Positions 8,087 through 17,066 of a stretch of 64,000 nucleotides of DNA are shown one piece after another. The notes below the pieces were generated by a model that was given only the letters and a program-made list of their open reading frames with translations, was not told the DNA's origin and made no database searches. Position 1 is the first letter of the stretch. Every line of letters begins with the position of its first letter. The position numbers and the translations under genes are program-made. Location of the stretch: positions 12,729 through 76,728 of the forward strand of contig CAZXOA010000001.1 in assembly GCA_964642275.1 (NCBI GenBank). The letters run 5' to 3'. Source of the stretch: an uncultured Candidatus Saccharibacteria bacterium (GTDB lineage Bacteria; Patescibacteriota; Saccharimonadia; Saccharimonadales; JACDBH01).

Positions 8087-9562
8087 CTATAGCTTTTTGC
8101 CGGGGGTGTCTTTGTAGCGGTCTTTGGGTATCTGCTCTGGACGCAAGTGTTTTTTCCAGTCGAGTTTGTCCTCTTTTTTGCCGTGGACTTTTTTCTCGTG
8201 CTGTTCGATCCACCAGAATTTGATGCCCGTGCCTTGGAAATCAAAGGTTTCGCGGAAAGTCCGCTCCAGATGGCGGCGATATGACCAATGCAGATATTTG
8301 AGCTGTGACCCAAACACCTTGAAACTCGGGTACGGCATGCCCTCTTCCTGTACCACATAACGGAGTTTTGGCTGGCGGTTTTTAAGCCCAGCTGGCGGGT
8401 GCCTGTCGGTGGTTTTGTGCAGCCAGTTGTTCAGTTCGGTGGTCTTGAGCCGCTTGCGGCGGGTTTCGTCGATTTCGAGGACAATATCAAAGATTTTAGC
8501 GACGTTGTGGCCAGTGACAGAGCTGGTGACTATCATTGGTGCCCACGGGATAAAATCGAAGTCGTATTTGATGCGTGGGATGAGCTTGTCGTGGGTAAAG
8601 GCGTCTTTGTCGTCCAGGCTGTCCCACTTGCTGACAACGAGCACCAGGCCCTTGTGGGCTTCTTTGATCATGCCGGCAATTTTTTGGTCGAGCTGTACGC
8701 TTGGTTCGTTGACATCAATGAGTAGCAGGCAGATATCGGCCTGCTCTATGGCCGAGAGGCTGCGGATAACGCTGAATTTTTCGACGCCGCGTTCGATCCG
8801 GCCGCTCCGGCGAATGCCGGCGGTATCAAGGAGTTCGATTTCGCGCTGCATATACTTGACCACCGTGCGGTTGATATCGCGGGTGGTGCCTGCACGGTCG
8901 GCTACAACTGCCTGCTGTTTTTTGGCAAGTGTGTTAAATAGCTGTGATTTGCCTACGTTCGGGCGGCCAAGAATGGCCAGGCGGATGCGGTCATCGGCCT
9001 CTTTGATACTGGCTGCCGGCAGAAGTTCTGACACATGCTCAAACAGTTCCTCTAGTCCCTTCCCTTGCGATACAGAGGTAAGAAAAATATCTTTGACGCC
9101 AAGTTTGCGGAATGGGTCAAATACCAGCGATTGCGGGTCAGCGTTGACGTTTTCAATTTGTAATCTGCCGCTGCCTAGTTTGAGCTGGTCGGCTTTGTTG
9201 ACTGCTAGGACCACGGGTTTGCGGGTTTTGAGAGCCATTTTGGCAACCCGGCGGTCTTCTTCACTCAAGACAGTATGAGCTTCTATCATGACAATAATGA
9301 TGTCGGCGCTGTCGGCTGCCTGGGTGATTTGCTCCTGGATGGTGAATTCAAAGTCATCCTCAGCGGCCTTGAGCCCGGCGGTGTCGACCAGCCAAAAATC
9401 CTTGCCGTCATAGCTGCCTTTGCCGTAGATACTATCGCGCGTCGTGCCGGGCTCGTTGGCGACGATTGCCTCGCGGGCCCCGATGACGGCATTAAACATA
9501 CTGGACTTGCCCACATTGGCACGCCCGACGATAGCTACGATTGGTACTTTTGTCTTCGACAT
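8087..9562 (-). CDS. der: ribosome-associated GTPase Der (EngA), double GTPase
   Basis: Two G-domains (GRANVGKSS...; GRPNVGKSQLFN...) plus a KH-like C-terminus. It also carries a Lys-rich C-terminal tail of about 45 aa. Confidence 0.9.
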   Translation of the reverse strand: MSKTKVPIVAIVGRANVGKSSMFNAVIGAREAIVANEPGTTRDSIYGKGSYDGKDFWLVDTAGLKAAEDDFEFTIQEQITQAADSADIIIVMIEAHTVLSEEDRRVAKMALKTRKPVVLAVNKADQLKLGSGRLQIENVNADPQSLVFDPFRKLGVKDIFLTSVSQGKGLEELFEHVSELLPAASIKEADDRIRLAILGRPNVGKSQLFNTLAKKQQAVVADRAGTTRDINRTVVKYMQREIELLDTAGIRRSGRIERGVEKFSVIRSLSAIEQADICLLLIDVNEPSVQLDQKIAGMIKEAHKGLVLVVSKWDSLDDKDAFTHDKLIPRIKYDFDFIPWAPMIVTSSVTGHNVAKIFDIVLEIDETRRKRLKTTELNNWLHKTTDRHPPAGLKNRQPKLRYVVQEEGMPYPSFKVFGSQLKYLHWSYRRHLERTFRETFDFQGTGIKFWWIEQHEKKVHGKKEDKLDWKKHLRPEQIPKDRYKDTPGKKL

Positions 9563-9567
9563 AGATG

Positions 9568-10230
9568 TTAAATTATAACAGAATAATCTCCTTGTTTCAA
9601 GTCGTTCAGCTGGTAGTGACCGAAGTTTGTGCGGTGGAGCTTCTCAATTTTGTAGCCAAGGTGCGAGAATGTACGGCGGATTTGGCGGTTGCGGCCTTCA
9701 GACATACGAACTTCCCAGGTCTTTTCACTCTGTCCGATCATGGCCAGTTTTAACTTGCTGATGCCGTCGTCTAGTCTGACGCCTTTGTGGCTAATATGGT
9801 CTTGATCGATCGGGTCGAGGGCTTTATCGAGCGTGATGTGGTATATCTTTTCCTTCTGATGCTTAGGGTGCGTCAGTTTGAACGAGAGGTCGCCGTCGTT
9901 GGTCATGAGCAGCAACCCGCTGGAATTTTTATCAAGCCTGCCGACGGGTTGCAGATGCCAGAGATCGCGCGGCAGCAGGTCGTACACAGTTTTGCTGCCC
10001 TGGCCGTTGCGGGATACGACGTAGCCTTCGGGCTTGTTGAGCATGATAGTGGTGTGCTTAGGGTGGTCTTCGAGCGGATGGCCGTCGAGCGTTACCGTAT
10101 CGCTCTCTATAACGGTGTCGCCAATACGCGCCAATACCCCGTTTATTTCTATTCTGCCCTCTCTAATAACATCGTCAGCGCTTCGTCTACTGTACGAAGT
10201 GGCTTGGGCGATGAATTGGTTGAGTCGCAT
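9568..10230 (-). CDS. pseudouridine synthase, RsuA/RluB family (S4 domain plus catalytic domain)
   Basis: N-terminal S4-like MRLNQFIAQATSYSRRSADDVI, and a catalytic region with HRTNFGHYQLNDL. Confidence 0.8.
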   Translation of the reverse strand: MRLNQFIAQATSYSRRSADDVIREGRIEINGVLARIGDTVIESDTVTLDGHPLEDHPKHTTIMLNKPEGYVVSRNGQGSKTVYDLLPRDLWHLQPVGRLDKNSSGLLLMTNDGDLSFKLTHPKHQKEKIYHITLDKALDPIDQDHISHKGVRLDDGISKLKLAMIGQSEKTWEVRMSEGRNRQIRRTFSHLGYKIEKLHRTNFGHYQLNDLKQGDYSVII

Positions 10231-10239
10231 TGATCTCCT

Positions 10240-11736
10240 CTACAGTGCAATCGTATTCGGGTCTTGCTTGTCATCCTGGGGAGCAGATGTCTGCCCTGGT
10301 TGTGGGGTTGGTACTGGAGGCGGCGTGACACCTGCACTACCAAGTACGGCTGCTATTTGCTCTTTCTCTTCCTCTTTAGCAAGCAGCGCATTGAGATCGG
10401 GCTTGGTGTCGACACCGTTCAATGGCTGGATTATTTTCTTGCCTGACGTATCTGAGGGCAAGGTGCTGTGTGGCTGCTCGGGTTCGGGTGCTTCGGTACC
10501 GGGAGCTTCAGATGGCTCAATAGCCGGAGAAGCGGGTACTGTCGTGTCTGCCGGTGTATCCGATGGAGGCGTTGCGACGGGCATTGGGGCTACGGGATCG
10601 GCCGGTGGCAGAGGTGCAAGAGGGTCTGGCGGGATGACCAGATCTTGCCGGGGTGCTAGAGCTTCTTCGGTAGTGACATCGGGCGTGACGGTGCCATCGG
10701 AGGCTATTGTGACAGGAGCTGGCTGTGCCTCTGGCGTATTGACAAAGTCGGCAACCTGCTCGGCAACAATCTGCTGTTCGTTGGCAACACTCGGAGCTTC
10801 TTCGAGCTGCTTCTCGGTACTTTGCGGGAGATCAGGTGTAGCAGCCTCCTGAGCGGCGGGTGCTTCTGGTACTGTTTCTGCTGGCGGTACTGCGGTTTCG
10901 GCAGCAGGAGCAGGGCTGGTTTCTGGTTCAGCTGCAGGTACTTCTGCCGTATCTGTAATCAAGGGATTCACCGGTGGAGCTGGTGCGGCCTCGGGGCTTG
11001 CTGGCAGAACGGGATGAGATGATGTGGATTCAGAAGGTGCGGCCGCTTCGGCAGTTGCCGTATCAGCTCCTAGTGTAGTTGTAGTAACCTCGTCAACTGT
11101 GGTGCTTGAGCTTGTATCATTCACGGAGGCTGTCACGATTGGGCTTGAGGTAGCGTCTGCGGAAGGGTTGGAAACAGCGTTTGGTTCGGTTGCCGGAGAA
11201 GCGGGTACTGTCGTGTCTGCCGGTGTATCCGATGGAGGCGTTGCGACGGGCATTGGGGCTACGGGATCTGCCGGTGGCTGCGGCGCGGGAGCAACTGGCT
11301 CTGGCATTGGCGCCATGGCAAGCGGAGCGACGGGCGCGGGGTCTTCTGGGGCTGCCGGTTCACCGCTGGTGCCCTCAAGCACCTCCTTTGATACACGGAT
11401 AACGTCTTCGAGCGTCACCTGCGACTTTACAAGATAACGGTCGGCACCGAGCTTGTCGGCGCGGTCTTTGTCTTCTATCTGGCTGAGAGCGGTCATCATA
11501 ATAATTTTGGTGTTTTTTGTCTCGGGGGAGCTGCGCAGGATATCAAGCATGTCAAAGCCGCTGATCTTGGGCATCATGACATCGGAGATAATGAGGTCTG
11601 GACGTTCTTTTACGGCCAGAGCAAGCGCCTCTTCTCCGTCATGGGCTGACACAATTTCATGGCCTTCGGCAAGCAATCGGGCCTCGTAAATCTCTCTTAG
11701 ATTGTTGTCGTCCTCGACGAGCATGATTTTTGCCAT
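10240..11736 (-). CDS. response regulator with a receiver domain only, fused to a roughly 370-aa Pro/Ala/Thr/Glu-rich low-complexity tail
   Basis: CheY-like receiver (MAKIMLVEDDNNLREIYE...DLIISDVMMPKISGFDML...KIIMMTA) in the first ~125 aa, with no recognisable output domain. The tail holds a repeated 29-aa block. It lies downstream of a PAS histidine kinase on the same strand. Confidence 0.75.
   Translation of the reverse strand: MAKIMLVEDDNNLREIYEARLLAEGHEIVSAHDGEEALALAVKERPDLIISDVMMPKISGFDMLDILRSSPETKNTKIIMMTALSQIEDKDRADKLGADRYLVKSQVTLEDVIRVSKEVLEGTSGEPAAPEDPAPVAPLAMAPMPEPVAPAPQPPADPVAPMPVATPPSDTPADTTVPASPATEPNAVSNPSADATSSPIVTASVNDTSSSTTVDEVTTTTLGADTATAEAAAPSESTSSHPVLPASPEAAPAPPVNPLITDTAEVPAAEPETSPAPAAETAVPPAETVPEAPAAQEAATPDLPQSTEKQLEEAPSVANEQQIVAEQVADFVNTPEAQPAPVTIASDGTVTPDVTTEEALAPRQDLVIPPDPLAPLPPADPVAPMPVATPPSDTPADTTVPASPAIEPSEAPGTEAPEPEQPHSTLPSDTSGKKIIQPLNGVDTKPDLNALLAKEEEKEQIAAVLGSAGVTPPPVPTPQPGQTSAPQDDKQDPNTIAL
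10523..10609. repeat. 87-bp direct repeat, copy 1, inside the response regulator tail
   Basis: gccggagaagcgggtactgtcgtgtctgccggtgtatccgatggaggcgttgcgacgggcattggggctacgggatcggccggtggc. It is near-identical to 11192-11278, with one mismatch. Confidence 0.8.
11192..11278. repeat. 87-bp direct repeat, copy 2, 669 bp from copy 1
   Basis: Same sequence as 10523-10609 apart from a g-to-t change. On the coding strand it encodes the PADPVAPMPVATPPSDTPADTTVPASPA block. Confidence 0.8.
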
Positions 11737-11803
11737 TGGTACTTCCCCTGTTTTATCTTCTTAGTATCGCTTGTGGTTTTATTGTATCACGACTCATGGC
11801 ACG

Positions 11804-13132
11804 CTACAGCTTCGTATCCGCCCCTGTAATAGTGGGGAGCTCGGTTGCCTGTTGCTTCTGGAGCTCGGTTGCCTGTGTCGTACTGATTCGAGGAAGGTTT
11901 ATGTAAAAAATGCTTCCTTTGCCTACCTCGCTCTCAACCCAGATTCTCCCGTGGTACATCTCAACGATCTTCCGGCAGATAAATAGGCCCAGGCCGGTGC
12001 CGCCGATAGTACGAGTGGCCGAATTATCAACCCGATAAAACTTCTGAAACAGATGAGATACATCTGCAGCCGGTATGCCCGGACCGGTATCCTGGACACG
12101 GACCTGCACGACTGATGGGTCGCCGGTCAGTCCAATGGATACCTTGCCGGATTCGGTGTATTTTACTGCGTTATCGAAGAGGTTGGTGACAACTTCTCGT
12201 ATGCGGTCAGGGTCAACCTGTACGTAGTACAGCGGCTTAACAAGATTTGTATCGCTGGCATCGATGATACTATCCTGTGCGCCGAGTACGAACTCGAGCG
12301 CCAAACCCTTTGCTTGTGCAGTGAATTTGAGGGCATCGGTGACATCATGCAGGAATTGTCCCATCTCCACGACGACCGGGTGGTTTGTCAGTCGGCCGTC
12401 TTCTGCTTTTGCGCTTGTGAGAAGGTCTTGAAAGAGTTTGCCAAGATGTTTTGTGCTGTCATGTGCTTTGTCCAAAAAGCCCCGGGCCTTTTCGTCAATA
12501 TTGCTCACTTTATCGTTTAGCGCCAGTGCGAGGTAGCCCTCGATTGCGGCAACGGGCGTGCGCATTTCGTGGCTGGCAGTACTGATAAAGTCTGCCCGTT
12601 GAGCCTCCTCTCGTCGCTGTTCGCTGACATCGCGAAAAACTGCGACGGCGCCGCCGACACCTTCGTCGGCATCAAGAATCGGCGTGACGGTGATATCCAC
12701 AGAGATAACCCCCTTTGACTTTGTGGCGAGGCTGGCGAGCCTGTCGCTGGTGACGGTCTTTTCTGCATAGGCCTTAAAAAAGGCATTCTCTGATTCCTGG
12801 TACGGCTCACCTCTGTCGTTCTGGAACTGGAATACCGCTTTGTAGTCAATGCCAACGGCTTCGTGAGGATCCCATCCGGTGATAATCCCGGCAGCAGGGT
12901 TGAAGTGCTGGATGGTCTGTTCCGCATCCAGAAGGATGACTCCGTCACTGATAGATTTGAGGATGATATCAGACTTGAGCTTTTCATTTTTTAGGCTACC
13001 GGCAAGCACGCTTGCCTTGCCGAGCTTGGCAACACTTTTGCTGCGTTGACCGTAAAGCATGAGAGCAGCAATCACGCCGATGACAATAGCTGCGCTTCCC
13101 CCGATAACAAGATATGGTCCCACTCGTGTCAC
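11804..13132 (-). CDS. sensor histidine kinase (TM, PAS, HisKA, HATPase_c)
   Basis: H-box ISTASHEMRTPVAAIEGY and G-boxes (DTGPGIP...GGTGLGL). There is a TM helix at the N-terminus. Confidence 0.8.
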   Translation of the reverse strand: MTRVGPYLVIGGSAAIVIGVIAALMLYGQRSKSVAKLGKASVLAGSLKNEKLKSDIILKSISDGVILLDAEQTIQHFNPAAGIITGWDPHEAVGIDYKAVFQFQNDRGEPYQESENAFFKAYAEKTVTSDRLASLATKSKGVISVDITVTPILDADEGVGGAVAVFRDVSEQRREEAQRADFISTASHEMRTPVAAIEGYLALALNDKVSNIDEKARGFLDKAHDSTKHLGKLFQDLLTSAKAEDGRLTNHPVVVEMGQFLHDVTDALKFTAQAKGLALEFVLGAQDSIIDASDTNLVKPLYYVQVDPDRIREVVTNLFDNAVKYTESGKVSIGLTGDPSVVQVRVQDTGPGIPAADVSHLFQKFYRVDNSATRTIGGTGLGLFICRKIVEMYHGRIWVESEVGKGSIFYINLPRISTTQATELQKQQATELPTITGADTKL

Positions 13133-13182
13133 CCTTATGCTTTATTTACTAGAGTTAAGTATAACTTAAAACCGGACCAATC

Positions 13183-13212
13183 AAAAAAGCACCAGATAGC
13201 CCGGTGCTTTTT
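13183..13212. terminator. bidirectional hairpin terminator after tRNA-Glu
   Basis: aaaaaagcacc-agatagccc-ggtgcttttt: a GC stem flanked by an A-run and a T-run. Confidence 0.4.
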
Positions 13213-13234
13213 ATGTGCATGTTCTAGCATAGAG

Positions 13235-13311
13235 TGGTGACCCCGGCGGGATTCGAACCCGCGATCTTCTGGATGAGAACCAGATATCCTGAACCGCTAG
13301 ACGACGGGGCC
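13235..13311 (-). tRNA. tRNA-Glu (anticodon CTC), CCA encoded
   Basis: The reverse complement is ggccccgtcgtctagcggttcaggatatctggttCTCatccagaagatcgcgggttcgaatcccgccggggtcacca. It has a cloverleaf with the T-loop GGTTCGAATCC and a 7-bp acceptor stem with one G-U pair. Confidence 0.85.
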
Positions 13312-13445
13312 AAGTTACTTTGCTCTAACTTTCAATTTGCATTGAGTAATTTACAAACAGAGCTCCACAATTCTAGCACAACAGGGGCGGTTTGTCTATA
13401 TTAGGATTGATTTTATCAGTAAAGAATTGTAAAATATGGTTAATT

Positions 13446-14156
13446 ATGAGACAGATCGCTGATTTTGTATTGGTGCACGGTTCGGGTGTTGATCCTCTGA
13501 ATCCTGGTATGCCATCGCCTGTTACTGCAAGAAATGCTGATGAGGCAGCCAAGCTAGTAACGGCGGGTAATGTGAACTGGGTGGTTACAACCGGCCTCGG
13601 ACCACTCGGTAATGAGATTTCTTCGGAAGCGGACGCAGCTGGTAATTACTTAGTACGGCATTGTGGAATAAATCCCGACGTAGTTTTTCGTTTCTCTGGT
13701 TCAACATCAACCCTCGGCAATCAGATAGGCGGTATTGCTCGGATGGGAGATTTAGGCAGTAGCTGGATTGGCGTGTGTCGTGAGACGCAGCTGCCGCGTG
13801 CAAAGAGGCTCGGCAAAGCTGTGGCTACGGCAACCAAGACTGAGCTGGTTCGCTACATTGGTTCGCCAGAGGCTTCGCTTGGTCTTTTACATCTTGCTAA
13901 GGCATATGGACGTGAGTTGTTCCAGGATACGTTTCTAACCAAGCCTTTCTTGAGGGGGTGCGAAGGCATGTCTCCAGACGAAATGTTGGAGTTCTATGAT
14001 CGTATCAAGCGAAGAAGCGGTGCCTCAGTTGCAAAGGCTGCTATTCATGGTACTCGGCGGGCTAAACATAACCTTTCCGGGTGGCGTAGTGGAATAGGGC
14101 GAAGCCCGGCAGGATTGGAAGCCAGTACGTCAGCAAGCGATAACCAAGTGCGATAG
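13446..14156 (+). CDS. hypothetical protein (possible DUF218/YdcF-like)
   Basis: ORF starting MRQIADFVLVHGSGVD. Its 3' end overlaps the convergent 14062.. gene by about 95 bp. Only a weak family resemblance. Confidence 0.3.
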   Translation: MRQIADFVLVHGSGVDPLNPGMPSPVTARNADEAAKLVTAGNVNWVVTTGLGPLGNEISSEADAAGNYLVRHCGINPDVVFRFSGSTSTLGNQIGGIARMGDLGSSWIGVCRETQLPRAKRLGKAVATATKTELVRYIGSPEASLGLLHLAKAYGRELFQDTFLTKPFLRGCEGMSPDEMLEFYDRIKRRSGASVAKAAIHGTRRAKHNLSGWRSGIGRSPAGLEASTSASDNQVR

Positions 14157-15009
14157 ATAAAGCGGTTGAGGTTGGAGTGCCGGTTGCAACAAGGGCTGCC
14201 GTGAGGGCTGCCTCGGCCCCGCCAATACCGCCCGGCGTCGGTGTAATGGTGGCGCCAATGACGCCGGAACTAAAGACAATCAGTGTTTGCACAAGTGATA
14301 ACTCTACTCCCAGGGCTCTTGCAACGGTATAAAGCACGCCTGCATAGAGCGCGGTAACCATACTTGCCGCCAAAAAGCCCGCCAGCAGTCTCTTGGGCCG
14401 CTTTTGGTAGAGCGACAGCGCCTTTGCGATGCCCAGCACAAGCTGCAGCAGCTTATTCTTTATAAGTGGTACGGCGACTAGTATAAGAGCACACAGGATA
14501 AAGGCAGCGAGAACTACTGGCAGCACAAAGCTCGGGAGCTGAAGCGGCGTAAGCTGATGGGTCGAAAAAATAACAGCGCTGAGCAGGATGGCCATATGGC
14601 CGGCAAACCCGAGCAGGTTATTGAGCGCAACAACCGAGCCCGCCTCAACTATAGTGTGTTTTTGGCGGTGCAGATATCTGACATTAAGCGCGACTCCGCC
14701 CGCACCGGCCGGAAGCAGCTTGGTGGCGAACCCGCTTGCAAGCTGGATGATAACGGTACGCCTGTATGATACGGGCCTTATAGCGAGCGCCATGAAGGCC
14801 GTAGCTGCGGCAAAAAATGTCAGAAACGTCAGGCCTATCCCGGCGGCGACAAACCAAAGATTCGCCTCTGTAAGGCTCTGTAGTGCCTGCGCCAGCGATT
14901 CGCGCTGCGGGATGAGTACTAGCAGCGCCAACAGCATTGCAATCGATACGATGACATATATTCGGGTAAGTCGCCGCGGACGGCGCGAGTGTGGATGGTG
15001 TTTTTGCAT
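14062..15009 (-). CDS. flippase-like membrane protein (lysylphosphatidylglycerol synthase TM-region / UPF0104 family)
   Basis: Polytopic membrane protein with an N-terminal RRPRR stretch and multiple TM helices. The start is taken at an internal Met to avoid overlap with the upstream response regulator. Confidence 0.55.
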   Translation of the reverse strand: MQKHHPHSRRPRRLTRIYVIVSIAMLLALLVLIPQRESLAQALQSLTEANLWFVAAGIGLTFLTFFAAATAFMALAIRPVSYRRTVIIQLASGFATKLLPAGAGGVALNVRYLHRQKHTIVEAGSVVALNNLLGFAGHMAILLSAVIFSTHQLTPLQLPSFVLPVVLAAFILCALILVAVPLIKNKLLQLVLGIAKALSLYQKRPKRLLAGFLAASMVTALYAGVLYTVARALGVELSLVQTLIVFSSGVIGATITPTPGGIGGAEAALTAALVATGTPTSTALSIALGYRLLTYWLPILPGFALFHYATRKGYV

Positions 15010-15019
15010 GCTCTCCCTG

Positions 15020-15421
15020 CTACAGTTTATCGATAAACGTGACGAGCTCTTTTGGAGTGATGGCTGCCTTGATGAGGTAGCCATCGGCTTGGCTCTCTAT
15101 CTCGGCTCTTGTCTCTTCATCTTGGTCGAGATTGGTGGTGATGATAATCTTGCTGGGGAATCCAGGGGATTTTTTCGGGTCGCGTAATATGCGCAGGATC
15201 TCAATCCCGGTCATATCGGGCACCATGAGATCGAGCAGCACAACATCGTAGCCGTTGGTCTGAGCTATCTCGAGACCATCGAGACCATTCAGTGCCGTAG
15301 TGACGTCATACCCAGCTTTGCGCAGGGCGCGTTCATACAGCTCGCTAATAAAGAACTCATCCTCGATACACAGAATTCGCTTTTGGCGAGTCGGTTGCAG
15401 TTTTTCAACAATTTCTACCAT
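15020..15421 (-). CDS. single-domain CheY-like response regulator
   Basis: 133-aa receiver (RILCIEDEFFISELYER...DVVLLDLMVPDMTGIEIL...KIIITT). Confidence 0.8.
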   Translation of the reverse strand: MVEIVEKLQPTRQKRILCIEDEFFISELYERALRKAGYDVTTALNGLDGLEIAQTNGYDVVLLDLMVPDMTGIEILRILRDPKKSPGFPSKIIITTNLDQDEETRAEIESQADGYLIKAAITPKELVTFIDKL

Positions 15422-15433
15422 AAATCTATCTCG

Positions 15434-17017
15434 CTATCTCCTGTATAGGGTGTGGTTTTTTATCCATCCATTAGCTTGGCGCTGGATGCCGTCGCTGCCG
15501 TCTGATTTTTGCCCTGCCGCAATGGCTGCAAATGGCTGCAGGCTGAAACCAAAGGTGCTTCCCTTGCCCTCTTTGCTCGTCGCCCAGACATCGCCGCCGT
15601 GTGCCTTGATAAGCGACTTAACGAGAAACAGCCCAAGTCCGCTCCCGCCAACAGCATTTTTTGAGCGGTGCGACCGGTAAAATTTGGTAAACAGACCCTT
15701 TAGGACACTTTCTGGAATACCAGCTCCCTGATCTGTCACAGTTGTCTCGACCAGACCCTCTGCACCTAGCTTGGCTTCTACCAGAATATCCGGGGCTTGC
15801 CCGCTATACTTGACGGCGTTATCAAGCAGGTTGATGACAACCTCGGAGATACTGATTTTATCAACGCCGACAGTGGGCAAATCAGGAGCTATTGTTAGCT
15901 GAATGCGCTTGCCTCGCACCTGGGCTCGGTTCTGCATGTCGGCAACGATGTGCTGTAAAAGCTCTGGCCAGCTTGCCTCAGTCAGATTGAGTGTGAGCTG
16001 GTCTTCTTCTACCCGGGCAACATTAAGGATATTACTCACAAATGCCGATAGGTTTTGCGAAGCTGCGCTCATCTTGTGCATAAACTCTTTGTGCTCTGGG
16101 CTAAGCGACTCGCCAAGCTCATCCTCGAACAGCTCGATATAACCGCGGAGCATAGTGAGCGGTGTACGCAGCTCATGCACAGCCATAGCCACAAAGGTGG
16201 TTGCTTGGTCCTGCACGCTGTAGGCGCCGCTGCGGTCAAACAGCACTAGCACGGCTTCGTTGCCAGCGCTGTTGTCTTTGCTGAACGAGGCAGCCAGGTC
16301 GAATTTTTTACTGACATTATTGTCGAGCGATAATTTGACCTGTTCCCAAGTGCGGCTATCTGTCGCTTTGTTTTGGCTGGAGGTCTCGAGCCATGACTTA
16401 AGAGTATCTTCTGAGTTGAACGACATGCGTAGTATATCGTGCACGCTCTTGCCCTTCATCGAGGATATTTCTATGCCCAGGTACTGTGCCGCAGCATTAT
16501 TAATGTCGGTGATTACCCACTGCTTATCCAAAATAAATACCGGTAGCGGGATGCTTTCTATGAGTCCGCTAGCGAGAGGCGTTGCTTGTACTGCTGGTAT
16601 CGAAGCTGCAAGTGCGGGTGAAGCGGCGGTTTGCTGCTGCGCAAGCGACGGTACACTGCTGGCATGGTCATAGATCTGCATTATGATTGCGCTCACAAAC
16701 TCCCGGCCCGACTTGAGCTTGTTCAGATCAGGTGCAGGAGTATTCGACCGCTCAGGACTGACGTGCCAGACGGCCTGCCATATCATCTCAAGCGGCGTGG
16801 CGCTGGTTGCCATCAAAATCTTGTAACCGATACAAATGCCAACGAGATACACTGCTCCAGTCAAGATGCCAACTATGAGCATGCCGTGGTCGGTGAACTC
16901 GTGCATACCGATGAAAACACCGGCGCCCAAAAGCCCCGGCAGGACAAGTGCACACACGGCTGCTATGGCCAGCGTTTGCTTATAACGCTTGAAGTGGTTC
17001 ATCCCGCCGCACTCCAC
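15434..17017 (-). CDS. sensor histidine kinase (TM, PAS-like, HisKA, HATPase_c)
   Basis: H-box AMAVHELRTPLTMLRGY. ATP-lid motifs DQGAGIP and GGSGLGL. Confidence 0.8.
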   Translation of the reverse strand: MECGGMNHFKRYKQTLAIAAVCALVLPGLLGAGVFIGMHEFTDHGMLIVGILTGAVYLVGICIGYKILMATSATPLEMIWQAVWHVSPERSNTPAPDLNKLKSGREFVSAIIMQIYDHASSVPSLAQQQTAASPALAASIPAVQATPLASGLIESIPLPVFILDKQWVITDINNAAAQYLGIEISSMKGKSVHDILRMSFNSEDTLKSWLETSSQNKATDSRTWEQVKLSLDNNVSKKFDLAASFSKDNSAGNEAVLVLFDRSGAYSVQDQATTFVAMAVHELRTPLTMLRGYIELFEDELGESLSPEHKEFMHKMSAASQNLSAFVSNILNVARVEEDQLTLNLTEASWPELLQHIVADMQNRAQVRGKRIQLTIAPDLPTVGVDKISISEVVINLLDNAVKYSGQAPDILVEAKLGAEGLVETTVTDQGAGIPESVLKGLFTKFYRSHRSKNAVGGSGLGLFLVKSLIKAHGGDVWATSKEGKGSTFGFSLQPFAAIAAGQKSDGSDGIQRQANGWIKNHTLYRR

Positions 17018-17066
17018 TTGGCCTTCTGGAACTTAACGAGATTCATTGCCCTCCCCTCTGGTCTTG

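Noticed and set aside
8409-9278. Long antisense or shadow ORFs: 8409-9278 (+) inside der, 616-927 (-) and 2208-2756 (+) across topA, 47397-48287 (-) and 47531-48070 (-) inside atpA, 53827-54672 (-) inside thrE, 26402-27022 (-) inside the sortase, 23264-23884 (-) in an alternate frame of 23109-24581
   Set aside because: They lie entirely within well-supported conserved genes on the opposite strand or in an alternate frame. They have Ser/Arg/Pro-rich low-complexity translations typical of spurious frames in GC-moderate DNA.
10034-11437. Plus-strand ORFs 10034-10852 and 11024-11437 encoding Gly/Ser/Ala-rich peptides
   Set aside because: They are the antisense reading of the Pro/Ala-rich response regulator tail and simply mirror its repeat. 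The minus-strand gene has a bona fide receiver domain and operon context.
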